From contig JBLDXI010000019.1 in the NCBI GenBank assembly GCA_047495785.1, forward strand, positions 434,001 to 498,000: 64,000 nt of DNA, read 5' to 3'. Shown here in pieces: positions 23,223-36,942 of this stretch (within the stretch, counting starts at the first letter, position 1; each line of letters begins with the position of its first letter). The DNA is from Lepidodermella squamata. Lineage: Eukaryota > Animalia > Gastrotricha. Made by a program: the position numbers and the translations under genes. The notes beneath the pieces were generated by a model. The model saw only the letters and a list, made by a program, of their open reading frames with translations, was not told the DNA's origin and did not search any database.

Positions 23223-26200
23223 TTATTTCGCTTTGATGCAGAATGTGCGAATTTGCATCGGCCTCATTAGAACAGCATTCCAGTCGTCGTGACCTGATTC
23301 TTCAGCAAGACGACGCAGGCCAAGTGGGTCAGCCCCGGCATTATTACTATCACCAGGCCATTGGAGTCGCGTCAAATCGCTGATTGGCATATTAGCGCCG
23401 AGAGCCAACTCGCTGATGTCAATATTCGCACTACCAGTCAAGGTTGTCGCGAAATTTAGAAGTGGGACTGATGTGTTTTGAGACAGCTGTTGATCCTCAC
23501 CAGCTTCGAACAAATGCTCCAATCTTAGTAGAAAATCACAACCGGCGAAATTTCTCTCCAGCGTCATAAGATGAATATTTTCAGGTAGGCTAACGTCAGA
23601 TTCTTGCAAAATTGGCTTCCCAGCTGAAGTCTGAAAAAAACAGATAAAGGAATTCTTGTAAATTTAAACGAATCGAGCTCTTTTACCGTTAAATGTAACC
23701 CGGCCTCAAGCCATTCGCCTCGGCTCGAAATCGACGAAAACGCAATCATTGGCTTATTCATCACCATCTGGCTCAATTTACGGTAATTTTTCGCCGCTGA
23801 ACCCGGAACATTCAAGGCCAGACGGACGTGCCCAGTCGCAACCAAGCCATGGCCATCTTCAGTCTCCATCAACGCCTCGGCAACTCCGAAATTGTCGTCT
23901 TTTGTCAGCCGCCGGTGGACCATTAGTTCGAGGGTCCCATCGCGGAAACCAGTCGCACCTTGAGCTCGATCGGTGATCGCTGTTAACTGAGCCTTCTTAT
24001 CACGAGTGCTGACTCTGGCTACGATTGGGTAGTAATTCTGCGAGACATTTTGGGTCGGAGCCAACTGCCAAGTCGATCTATTTTTGGCATAATGTCAAAT
24101 CATTGAATTTGACCTAGTTTTGGACAATTTAATTTTTCTTACCGGGTATCACGCTGCCGCCGTTGCATTTCCCTACCATTAGCATCGGTGAAGAATTCCC
24201 CATTATTGGCGATTGAAGACTCGAAAAATGACACAACCTCGCGTCCAACAGAAGGCTTTTCGACCGGAATCGGGCCAACAACCCACTGCGTATCAACATG
24301 AGCCTCGCCGTCATATAAACGATAGATGGACTTGGCCCAGCTCGAATGGTATCGGTGTATTTCAACAACTTGCTTGCCAGCCAAAGTCAACGTTTCGCCG
24401 TCTTCGAAATGATTCAAATTATTCGAATCCGGGTTGAATCGATACGCGCCAGAGGTAGGCTTCGGCGGCATTGCGGCCATGTAATAGGCCATTGTGTGCC
24501 GCAGCTTAACTTCGACCTTTTCGATTTTATTCTCCAATCGTTCGATTACACCCCGGTCGTTAAGATGGAGGCGTAAGACGCCGTTATCGAAAATTTGACC
24601 ATCCGATTTCCGTTGGACTGAAGCAAGCTCGAGTTGATTCGAGGGTTTGATGAAGTAAACAGAAGTCCCTAAAGCTGGCAGTTCAGCTCGGAAAATTAGT
24701 TCGTGGGTTGCGGTTGAATTTCCGCGGGTTGGAATCGAACCGATATCGCCGGGTAAAATCGGCATCAAGTCGCTGATAACTGGCTGGCCATTGGCGTCCG
24801 TCACTGCGAAACCGCCAACTTGTGTCACTTGAACCGGAACTCGAAGCCACGTGGTCGATTTTTGGGCAATAGGGTTGTAGATCAATACCGAGAATCCCTA
24901 ATTTGGTGAAACGGGCAATATTACAATTTTCCGAAATAATTTTAATTTTCGATAATTAAAACGTGGAAAAATTATCGAAGTTAATGAAAAATAAATTGCG
25001 AAAACTTCGAGTTTTATAAATTTTCAATCAGACTACCTGCGAAGATGCTTGTTCCGAGAATGGACAGTAAGATTCGTTTAGCAGCGGGCAGAAAGTTAGT
25101 TTAGGCGATTGGCAGTTTGAATCGTCCTTGCATAGCAGTTTCTCGAAGGCATTCGATGAAACATTTCGAGCAATCGAAATCGCCCGAGCGGCTCGCATGC
25201 GCGCATCATTAGTAACAGCCTGAAAAAAATGTCATCGAAATAGTAATGAAAATAATAAAATTGCGAAACTCAATGATAATTTTAAGGGGGCTTTTCAGAA
25301 TTTTAACGGGTTTCCCGTTAGCGCCCAGACCATGATCCCGCATCCTGACTCAAAAATGGATGCGATTTTCGGAATCTAGGCTAAAATAAATGGTATATTC
25401 CAAGCTCCCGGGAATTTTTCCAAGTTCCCCGACGAAGTTAGGGTATTACGTCATACCCTGTACTTTTCCCTATATTAATATTATCTCACTAATACACTAA
25501 CAACAATCTAAGTACTGGACAATCTAAGTAATCAACAAATTTTTGACAAGAATACCATTTTCAATTTGTTTCCGATCGCCTTAATCAATCGGCCTCGTGT
25601 GGGCCGTAATGAAATCGGAAAAAATCCGTCAAAAAAATGGGGGGTCGTGAGTCTTGTTTTGACGTGAATGTAATGTCCGATTGATCGAATTGGTATCGAT
25701 TTTCGAAGATGGGAATCCCACCCTGCTTAGGTAACAGTAGAGGCCACATGCCAAGCCATACATCAGTAGATAGCTGGGATTATGATCTACTTGAATTTGG
25801 CATAGTCCGGGAACTTGAAAACCTCCGCAGAGAAAGAGATAGATCCAAAAACCACGTTCCCAAAGGGGAACATACGGCGCTAACGGGTTTAAATAATTTC
25901 ATTGAGGTTCCAGCACCGAATTTCGAGCTTCCCAATTATATTATTACGATTTTTAGCGATATCAACCTGTTATTTTCTTGATCGTTATTGATGCTGCACA
26001 TGACCTGATGATTTCTAATCAAGCAACTGGGTACCATCGGCTAGTTGGAATTTTTTGAAATTTTGGCTGTCTAGAGTGATCGGAAAAATCACTGATTTGA
26101 GAAATCGATACTTTGAATCGATATCGGCTTGCAGGCTGAAGTGTAGCAAATAAAGTAAAATATCTTGTCGAATTTTGGGAATATTTGAGGTGTCCAATTG

Positions 26201-27950
26201 GCACACCCATTTTAAAGCTAATGCGTTGCGCCTTCGTCCTAGTTTTCTCGAATTAAAGGGAAAACTAACCTGTTTCGAAGTTCCAGAAACTGCGTCATGA
26301 TGGGTCAAAATTCCAACCGTGTCGCGAACAGCGTCCATCTTCGGGCCTTCAGATGTTGCCGGGCTCATCGCCAACAGTTGGCGAACAATCGTATACGCAT
26401 TGTTCAAATCACGAACAATCTTCTTCAAGCTCGGCCGAGACGTGAAATAACCCGTCCAAAACGAGGCGGCATTATCAGCATACGGGAAAAAGTCGTCCGA
26501 CTTGCGCGGCAACGGTCCCGGCGACTGTTTGTTCACCGCCCGCGTGTAGCAAGACGGCGATGAGTAGAAAGCGTGGAAAGTATCTGAATGATTGTTTATT
26601 TGCTTGATAAGGGCGTCGAGGTTGAGGAACCACGCCGAGGCTGATTGGTAATTGAAATCACAACCCATTGTAACAAAGATATTCGGAGTTTTATAGACGG
26701 CCTTCTGTAGAGACGCCCAGTTGAGGAACATGCCGATCCGCTCACCTACATTGAAGCCTTAACAAAATTGAGGCATAAAAAAAATTAAAATAATCAAAAA
26801 ATTATTAAAAAAAAATTAAAATTGAATTAATTAAAAATTTATTAAAAATCCTACCCTACCTTCCATATTAGGATCGTCCATAATCGGATCATCATTCGAG
26901 CCAACATCGAACCAAAATCCACTCGGCGGGCAGTACGTCGAATCAGGCAAAGCATGGGTGAAAATATTCAAGTCGAATTCAGGCGTCGAAGGTCTCAGCT
27001 TCCAAACTGATTCAAGCTCTTTCTTCGAAGCTCTAGTAGCTCGATCTTGGTAGTCCAATCTCGCGAAAAACAGCCCATTCATGCCGAATTCAGCCGAAAT
27101 GGACGCCATCTCCCTCGAATGGCCGAATGGGTCGACTTGCCAGGCGATTAATGGCGTGTAAAACGGGTCGATTTCGCGTCGAATAAAGTCGAACCCTAGC
27201 GTATGCGAGTCGATAATCGCCGAGTAGTCAGTTGTAGCTTCATCAGCCATCGCCCAACCCGCGCAGACAATCTCAAGCTGACCGTTGCGTAAAAGCCGGC
27301 GGAACAGCGTTTTCATCGTGTCGGATTGGCGACGCCACCACCGGGCTAGAAACGCCATTTCGACTTGAACGTATTTCCGGTTTGGGTCCATGGCTAACGC
27401 GCTGATAGCGCTGTCTATGATATAATTAACCCCAGCTGATTGAATGTCGTTATGGGCGCCGTAGAAATACTCGTCGACTGTCTTGAGCCAGCCGACGTCG
27501 TCATGAGAATGAGCAATGATGTGCAAATTTGTTTTGGTTGTCGATAAAGGCGGACAGTGCTTAAAAAAGTTTCAAATTATTTGAGAAATGGGATAAATTT
27601 TTTGAAAATAATACCTCGTCATGAAGGCCCTTATTGTAAGGCGAATCCTCAACATTGACTGCTTTCTCAGTCTTCGGGCCCTCCTGGTTATTCTGGTTAT
27701 CTGGGTCTTCGACAATCATTAATATAACGCCACTTTCATCGAGATCTGCCCTGTTTAGTTCTTGAGCTTGTTGCCATAAAGCCCTGGTAGTTTGAGCTCG
27801 TAGCCAATAGCTCGTGGACAAAGAGCCGAGGGCAAAAGCTGCGAAAATAAGGGCGACGGTTGACAGCCAGCGACATGAACGGGGTCGCCTTCGAGAGAAA
27901 TCAGCCGATTCCTCTTCAGCGATTAATAACCGCTTTTTAGAAAAATCCAT
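23223..27950 (-). CDS. MAN2B1: Lysosomal-type alpha-mannosidase (GH38), multi-exon
   Basis: HSHDDVGWLKT, WQVDPFGHS, FARLDYQD, TMGCDF, WTGYFTSRP, HHDAVSGT, FFTDANGRE, HRRLTKDD and LRLEHLFE; one intron of about 1 kb (about 25220-26270). Confidence 0.9.
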
Positions 27951-29478
27951 CCTAAAAATTAAGGCGTGCGCAATAATTATTTAAATCCTTGAAAATCCAG
28001 ATAAATTTGAATAAAAACAATCAACGCTAATAGCCAAGCTTTTAGATAGAATTTCAAACAATGCCAGGTAAATTTTAAAATAGAGGGAGAAAACCCAAGA
28101 CATTTTACGGCACCTACTACGCTGTAATGCTGAATGCAGCTCATTCGTAGTATTTTGCCAGTTAGAAATTATGAATGCACAAGCTTTTTCTCATGCGTGT
28201 GGTGTGTATGTGTGAGTGTGAGGGCAAAAAAGTAAATACGAACTGCGATCCAGGCACGTGCCACATGTGTGGATCGATGATGGCGAGATATAGCAGCTCA
28301 CTCATTTTATTAGCCTGTAGTGGGTGCGTGTCATTAGACAACATCGTAACCGCAAGACAAGGCGATATCGAAATTTATTAATTTCACGGCGGGCGAACAG
28401 AAATTTGTGAAGAAAATTATCGTTAAAATCGGATCAAAATAAAAAAAATCGTTGATGTTATTTCCAGGAATTATCAACGGTGAGCGGCATCTTGTCGAAG
28501 TTCCTTTTAAATTAAACGAGCCGTAAAAAGTTCAGCGGCAACGGGTCAGGTGAAACACGCGGGTTCAATTGTTATTAGGAGCTGAATTTCAGTGAAGCAT
28601 CGCTTTTTTATAAAAAAAAAAACAAATAGATGAGTTAAAACACACATTGCATTACAAACTGATGGTTTTCCCTTTTCCTGCTGTTTAATAGTAATTTTAC
28701 TACGAATTTTTATTTCTTTTTACGCATGTCAACGTCATTATTATTAGTTGCCTGTCCCTCTCGCTTATATTAGGAATAATGATTTTGTACTGCACGCGCG
28801 TTCAAAAAGCGAAGCACACCTAAATGAAGCCGCAACTCCCATGCCATAGTTATAACAGTAGTAGTAGTAGAGTGGCTAAAGTCCAATAATGACGCCGCAT
28901 TTTTCTTCATATATATACCTGTGTGCATTCTCCAATAATATATTTTCTGTAATATATTTATTGCTTTGTAGGCCCTCGACACGGCCGCCTAATGCAACGT
29001 AGAAATGTGTGCGGCTTTCACTCGAAACACTATTTACCTCTGCAGGTGGGGTGAATCTATTTGGCCGCAAGCACGACGCGTTTTTTGCATTTGCACCGGG
29101 CTCCGCCTTATAGTAGTAATAATACGCAGAGAGAGTATGACATCGTAAAAAATAGAAGAGCGGCTCACACACGCACGACAAACACGAGAATGCGCGGCTT
29201 GAAGCGATTATCCTTTCAATATTATCATATATACCTAGGTACTATACTGCGGTCATCAATGCCCATCATCCATTCTGATAGTGCATATCTATCGCGTATC
29301 TCATCAGGGAAATGCCGCATGGCGCCGCTAACCGCTGGTCACTATGCGTTAAAAACTTACCTGTAGCAATATTTTTCATTGTTTATTAAATGAGACAAAA
29401 TATTTCCTCGCTTCGGTGCTACGTCAAGAATTCAGTCAATTATGTTTGGTTTAGGTTTTTAATTATAACTCTTCAGCA

Positions 29479-30298
29479 ATGGCTCAAGTGCCTCCTTCAG
29501 AAACCCGGTAAATTATCCTGAGAATTCCTGATTTTTTTACCTACTGTGTTTTTTGTTTACAGAGAAAATCCAAGCATGAATCAACCATATTTACCAACGC
29601 CCTCAGGACCTGCAGTTCAGACGTACCAGTACCGCCCTAATCGACCACCTCAAGCTTACCAGCCCTATATGACAGCCAAGAGCCACCCAGCTTCAGTCCT
29701 TCAATACCAGCAGATCGTCAACCCTGTTCACCAGAGCAAAAAGTCCGAAGTTGCTCAGCAAATAAAACCAAATCCCTACCTACCACCTGTTGAACAGCAA
29801 AATGTCATTATTGCACTGCAGAACCCTAGTGAAGCTGACAAACAGAAAGAAAACTGTCGAGAAGCTGCCATCGGCTTATCGATTTTTTCGCTTTTCTTCG
29901 TCGTTTTCTGTTTCGCAATTCCTGCCTTCATGCTGTCAAGGCGAAGCTCAAAAAACGCGACAATTGCTAATTATAAACTCTCAATTATTCTGGCTTCTAT
30001 TGGCATTGTCGTCGGCATCATTTGGGTCATTATCGCCGTAGCCCTCGGAGCTCCATCTCACCTTATCGTCGCAATATCAGCCGTTGCAGCTTTCTCCGTA
30101 ACTTACATGCTAGCTTTCATTTTCACGAGCGCTGTTATTCACGGCAAAAAATGCTGGTACGTCGATTTGTGCGATTGTTGCAAAAACGAAGATGAAAAGC
30201 AGCCGGAGAAACAGCCGGTTGCCTTCCAGCAACCCGCCCCACCTCCGGCTCCAGTAGTTATCCAGCAGCAACCAGTCGACGATTCTGTGACACTTTGA
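29479..30298 (+). CDS. Dispanin/CD225-like membrane protein with an extra TM segment, 2 exons
   Basis: ATG at 29479, short intron to about 29560; LSIFSLFFVVFCFAIPAFMLS...NYKLSIILASIGIVVG. Confidence 0.7.
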
Positions 30299-30505
30299 AA
30301 TGACATTTTCTTCGCGTTGTGACTCAATTCTTTCTATAATATATGACCTCACTTTTTTACGACTTGCACCTCAATATTTTCTTTCGGGTGACAGCTACCT
30401 CTCAGATTTCGGGATTTATTTTGAATTATTATGCGAATTAAATATTAAGGAAGATTTTTGTTTTATTTTAGATGGCTTTTAGTTGGTTTTGAATCGTCGT
30501 CAAAA

Positions 30506-33077
30506 ATGGCTCAATATCACGTTGACGATCGATCATCAACTTCCCTTCAAAACCCCGAGTATGGCTTTATTTTCCCCGAAAAAATTCGCATTTTACTAAT
30601 TGATTTCATTTTAGGAATCTCGGACCACCCTCATTACAATTTTCGCAGAATCGAGGGTGGCACGTGGCTCGAAAGCCTCATCATACCTTCACCGACTTGA
30701 CCCCGCCGTTATCCGGTGAAATCAATGAGCCAAACAAGCCGATTCCTAATAACCAGCCACTGATTCAACCAGTCGTTTACCAATCGCCGCAAACGACCCC
30801 GGCTAACTACGCCATTCCCTACGAACAGCCTTTCCTGAACCCGGCAGTTGGCCAGCAAAACGTCCTGCCAAGTCCTTACACGTCTTCACAAGATGGCGAA
30901 GAACTTCGGCTGTCATTCACGCGGAATCTTGCGATATCGCCGGCCCAGCTAGCCGTCGAAGAGCAGCAACGGCAGAGTCGAGATTTATCGGCGCCAGTCG
31001 TCGCTCAAAAGTTGTTTATTTGCTTGCTTGTATCAGCCCATGTTGTAGCTAAATTTTTTTCCTTTTTGCTTTCTCACAATAAAAATAATAACAACCCTAC
31101 TACTGATGATGATGATTACGTCATTAGTAGTGGTTATAGGTACAGCCAACAGCAGCAAGAAATACCTGCTAGTAACAACACTACTCCAAAACCCGCAATT
31201 GCCGTTTTGCCAACCCTGCCAGCAGCTTACCGGCCAACCCATCCGCCCCTTTACGTGAACGATCACGTGATTGCCGCTGCATCCTACCAAAATGTTGAAA
31301 CTCAGCCTGAGAAAACGCCGCCAGCAAAACCTGGCCGATCGCCACAACCGCCGACCAGTTTAAGCAGCCAAATAATTGTGCCGAAACCGTGGCCTGGTTT
31401 CGGTAATAAACCAGTCGCATCATCTGGCGCCGCTCCTGCCGGCTATGTGAATGATAGAAATGTCCTACAGCCTACTGATGACGACGAGCCGATTCATGTG
31501 AAGCTGAGTGATTTGCAGAGTCGATTGCCGTCTGGGTTGTATCAGGATCCTACTATGCCTGGGGTTGCGACGTACAATTTCGAGCAGCCTCACAAACGTC
31601 GTGAAAATTTTCCACAACAGCAGCCGCAACAACAACAGCAACAGCAAGAACAGCCAAGGCCGCCGTCGGCTCACTATTTGGATCCACTTTCTGTTCCTCA
31701 GCCAATGTCAACAGGTAAATTCAGGAAAAATTGAGAAATTTTACGCAAAATTTGGTTTTGATAAACAAATCAAATCAAACAAAATTCTTTATGAATTTAG
31801 AGGTAGGGAAAAATTCTGAAAAACTCCAAATAATTTTGAAAAAAAATAAAAAATTCAAAATTATTTTTAGATATTTTCTAGATCGGAAATTTCTAATGAT
31901 CACTTTTCCCATTTACGCCATTATGTTGGAAAACCTTGCACTATCGTAGAATTTAGCGAATTAATTGAAATTTTAGGATCAATATTATATCTTCAATTTG
32001 GGACCAATCGAAGTAGGAAAATTGAAGCTCGATTTTATTTTGGCAATTTTGTTTTTAGCTTTTTCGAAATTTTTGAATTTGAAATGTTTTTAATTTTGTC
32101 CCAAAATAGTGTCAAGCCAAGCGAGACAGTCATCCGCGGTTTACCAGGACCCGGCGCATACACCATACCCTGCTGTTGCACCGCCACAACCGCCGGCCAT
32201 ATACGTTGACAGATCGTCGTTGGAAAAGGCCAAACAGGCGCCACTTGCCTTGCCAAGAACAAGCGTTACATTGAACCCAATTTTTGCGACAAGCGAATCG
32301 CCAGTAATTATGGCGCAGCCTGTAACATTCGCCCAGCCACAGCCTGCCCGGTCACATGTTGTGACATTCTCACAACCGCCACCGCCGCCGATTCAACCAC
32401 CATTACCGCAAATTACGGGAAAGACAGCTAATAACAGCGGAAGTAACAGGTATTTTAAACGTGGTTCAAACAACACGAGCAGTGCCAACTTGCCAAATGT
32501 CGAGCGAAAGGTTCAGCATCAAAAACGGCGCGAGCAATCTGCGTCGCCCGTGAGGTCACCTAAAAGTGACCTAGTTCCGGACACTCAGGTCAAACCTCGC
32601 TCTGCAAGCCTCGGACCTAGCACGCCAAGCTCAGAACGCGGCCCGGTTGAGTACGTTAAATACCAGCCGGTCGCCAAATCTGACCCTGTTATTAAAGGGC
32701 TGAATTATGTCCCAAGAAATCCGTCAGTTTTAGCGCCTGGCGCCTCGAAACAGCCGCGAGACGTCTACATAATAGAACAACCGCCGCCTGGCCCGGCGAA
32801 GAGTGCAGTTGACATGGCGAAATGGCGACTAAGGGCCATGATCATGTCGGTAATTGCCGTATTTGCCTTTTGCCCGCTGTCTATCGCCGCGTTATGCTGC
32901 GCTTTCAAGCCTCGCGCAACTTGGCGAAATTACAAAACTGCCATTTCAATTTCGATCACGTGCTACGTCCTCGCCGTTATTTGGATTGTGCTCGTTTGCA
33001 TTTACGTACCAAGCCGCGGTAATTTCAGCAACTGCTACCGCGATCGGTACACCGGCCGATGTCTATACGATAATTAA
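30506..33077 (+). CDS. Large Pro/Gln-rich (PRRT-like) protein with a C-terminal CD225-like domain, about 4 exons
   Basis: ORFs 30664-31734 and 32109-33077 are joined by GT-AG introns; C-terminal AMIMSVIAVFAFCPLSIAALCCAFK...YKTAISISITCYVLAVIWI. Confidence 0.7.
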
Positions 33078-33317
33078 AGACTATCTATTTTTCTCTTATC
33101 CGTCCGGTGGAAACAAATTCATTTTTTTGTCATCATTTTTTTAAAACAGGCAATATTTCTGAAAACAACCGGTATACCAACAAAAGCTGTCAATCGCTAT
33201 TACTCCATGTTTACAAACTTTCGAGAATTATCATTGCTGTTTATTTCTTGATGATTAAAACCCGATTTTTACCTCAAACTATTTTTGATGAAAATAAATT
33301 CTTGTTGCATGCTACTG

Positions 33318-33836
33318 TCATTCTTCGTTTTTGACCGTTCGAATGTTAATCGTCAATCCTCCATTATCATCCGAAACCCAGGTAGCTCGATAATTGGGGT
33401 AGGCGTTGTAAGCTGTAATGCCGAGCCATACGAAAAATGGAATGGTAATCAAAAGAGCGATGACAGCTAGCACGAAAGCTGTGCAATAGAACCGTCTTGG
33501 GTTCCGAACTCGGCAACAACTTGGTACCAGCGCGAGAACGCAAGCTGGGTAGGACAAACAGCAGCAGAGGCAGAGTAAAGTTGAAAGGCCTGATAGAAAA
33601 ATCGTAATGCATCGCCCATATATCGGGCAGTTATCTTCCTCTTCTAATCGATTTCGCAGGGTTGAGTATCGTTCCGGGTCTGAAGTTGGGAGGATTAAAA
33701 TTTGGTCGCCGAGAATGTGTTGCCGGGTAGGTGTTGATGGCTTTGAATCTTGGGAAGTTTCGACTTTATAGCTCCAGGCATTGTAATTGTTATAACGGTC
33801 GCCTTTCATGTTATTCTGCCACAAGTCTAATGTCAT
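33318..33836 (-). CDS. Dispanin/CD225-like small membrane protein
   Basis: LSTLLCLCCCLSYPACVLALVPSCCRVRNPRRF followed by a TM helix. Confidence 0.75.
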   Translation of the reverse strand: MTLDLWQNNMKGDRYNNYNAWSYKVETSQDSKPSTPTRQHILGDQILILPTSDPERYSTLRNRLEEEDNCPIYGRCITIFLSGLSTLLCLCCCLSYPACVLALVPSCCRVRNPRRFYCTAFVLAVIALLITIPFFVWLGITAYNAYPNYRATWVSDDNGGLTINIRTVKNEE

Positions 33837-35687
33837 TCCTATAGCATTAGCAGAAAAGAAATAAGAAATTTCGAACCAGTTCCAAGAATCTGGGCCTGAG
33901 AAAGGACGATCCTATTGTTTCAATGCGTTGCGGGGGATTCTAACTTCCTTTGTAAATTGCAAAAGAATCTGAAATTTGTTAGCGAACATTTTATGCGAAA
34001 ATTTGGCATTATTTGAAGCAAAGATGTAGAAGGTTATATCTGATTTTCTGGCAAATTTTGCGAATTTTCCTAATTTATCTGATTTTTTTTGCAATTTACA
34101 AAGGCGATTAATAGCGATTAATTTTGGATGCTTTACGGTATTACCTGTAATTTTTCCACCATTAGAGTTTGTAAGTAGCTGTGACCTATGATTATGTTCG
34201 AACCTGCTATGCTAGTAAAGCTTTGTTTGAAAAGCCGTTGGGACTAAAATAACAAAAATCAGGTCCAGGTTCAGCTAGACTTTTTTATGCCACCAGCTCA
34301 AGTTGTTCATGCAGAAACAATTAGTCCACCTTGATAAGCTGAATGCTTCATAATACGCGAGAAGGTCAGTTCGTGAAAAAAGTCTTTAACATTACCTGAA
34401 AGCTTCAAGGTTGGCTGAAAAATTAACAGAAAAGTTTCAATAGCCGCATGTATTCATTATCTCCGAGCATGTTTTTAGCTGTGATGAACTATCTACACGC
34501 CGGTGGAATCTCAGCCTTGTATCTTCACATTATAGGGTGACTCATGTGCCTTACGATGACTTCGCTGCGGTTAGGGTTGGAATATCTTCAGAGATTTCAC
34601 ACGATTAACTGATCCATTCATTCGTCAGAATTTCGGATTACTATACTTGAGATTAACTTGAGAAGAGTCAATGGTGAACATTTTTATTACCTACACACCA
34701 CGATACCAAAAAAGGTCCAGGTGTACTTCAATTATTTTATGAGCGTTTAAAGTGTTTGGCATCTGCGAAATCTCAGATGGAAGCCTGAATAAAGTTATAC
34801 TCGAAATTTATTCAGCTCGACCTATAGAACAAAAGCAGCTTCCCTCTATCGAAAACTATTTTCCAAGTCGAACCATACGTTTATGCAGTAGTAGGTATAG
34901 TTTTTGCCTCATCTCGCCATAATATTGTTGACAATATTTCGGTAGCTGTTTTAGATCATTTCTGCCATTAAAACTGCAAGCTGAATAAACAATTCCATTC
35001 AACAGGAATTTCACTTTACGACTTGAATTACTACAATATTTGGGTAGACATTTTTTAACATTGCCAAAAAATGACCAACTTGTCCAAAGCATGGGAAAAT
35101 ACAAAGCCACGGCAAGATAAGAGCCCAGATTCTTTTAAATTCCCATAGGTTTTGAACGTAATAGATTTCAAGAAAGCAGCTGTTTTTTCGCTTCCAAGAA
35201 CGCGCTCCGACTCTGGCTCAGTATCGCGATTATTTTCCCGGCAACTGGCTGGTTCATTTCAGGGCGTGGCAACGTCGATACAGGTATAATTTATGATTAT
35301 TTACCCTCCTTATGACCAGCATGAATAGCCATTGCAACAGCCCACGATACAACACCTAAAATACTGCATTTTTTCAAGTGTATATAGCAATATAAAAGAA
35401 TAATTGGCACGTGCGTTAAACACCCTACAATTAACTACAACATCTTCTATAAGATCTCAGCATGGAAGAAGAGTACTATCTGCCCGACGTTATGACATGG
35501 TTATTGTCGATTTATCTTCAGAGCTTCTCAATTTCATTCTGTTAAGCGAAATCTTACTTCGATTGAGCTTTTGTTTCCAATCTCTACTCCTATATAGCAT
35601 TCTTTGTGTCACAGTGCGAGAAATGACTCATTTTTCTCACTGATATTTTTTTGAAAATTTAGGCATCAAAAGGACGAATCGCGGACG

Positions 35688-36512
35688 ATGATAGATGACG
35701 AAAGCGTTTTCTACTGCTACAAAGTCGTTCTACTCGGCGATTCAGGAGCTGGAAAAACGGCATTGCTAACTCGATTTACCGAGGATACTTTCAATCCAAA
35801 ATTTTCATCCACGATTGGCGTTGATTTTAAGATGAAAACCGTTGACATAGATGGCCGGCTTATGAAACTTCAAGTAATTAAAAATATTTAATTTCGGGAT
35901 TATTTTTGTTTAATAATTTTTCATAGTTTTGGGATACTGCTGGTCAAGAAAGATTTCGAGCTGTTGTGACAAGGTGATCAAAGGAAAATTGATTTATTCG
36001 GGCTAATGACAATTTTCCTTTAAATAGCTATCACAGAAGCGTAAATGGTGTAATTTTAATTTATGACATAACCGATAGAAAAAGCTTCAACAGTATTGCG
36101 ACATGGAAACGAGTTGTTGAAGAGGTAAAAAATAAGATATTATTTTACAAGCCTAGCCTTAAATTGCTTTCCTATATAATTTTAGTACAACCCTAGAGAC
36201 GATTTCGCATTAGTGATTATTGGAAATAAATGCGAACTCGAAAATTTGAGAAAGGTCGCCACAAGTGAAGGTCAACAGGTGAGCTTGATATCGTAATTTA
36301 TTTTAATAAAAATTCCTATTTGATAGCTTGCCGATGATCACGGGGCATTCTTTTTCGAAGCTTCAGCGAAGGAAAATATCAACGTCAATGAGGCTTTTAT
36401 GGCAATAGCATCTGCCATCAAGCATAGCAACAGCAGTAAACTTCACCTGGGTGATTCTCATAAATTGAAAGACAGCGAACCGGAAAAATCGGGGCGTTGT
36501 AGCAAATGTTGA
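35688..36512 (+). CDS. Rab GTPase (Rab1/8/10/13-like, divergent), 5 exons
   Basis: [34 protein letters not shown]; ends GRCSKC*. Confidence 0.9.
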
Positions 36513-36942
36513 TTTCTTAACTCAATAATCACTTAATTGAGTTATAATGCTAGTCTGAAAAATTCAGAATTTTATTGCCGTTTTTTTATGTAAAAATAAA
36601 AAAATGTATAAAAAAATAAAAAATCCAAGAAACATAAAAAACTAGCAGTATCCTTACTCATCTTGGCTAGGTCATACGCAGGTTTCATCGTAATGCTAGC
36701 TATTCAGGTCACTTTGCCGAAAGATCCTGGTAAGCAAACAGTCACGGTTTTTTGCCATTCACGCGTGATGTAGTAACGAAAGACTTAAACATCAATTAGC
36801 GCTTAGTGCAGTTACGTTCTGTTCGAACTTTCTGTAACGAGCCTGTTAACGTCACTTCAGCCTACACTAGTCACGTTGTAAACAAACTTCTACCTATAAG
36901 AGCTGGGCAAAATCTGGGTGAAATTTGTCAAATAGACACAAA

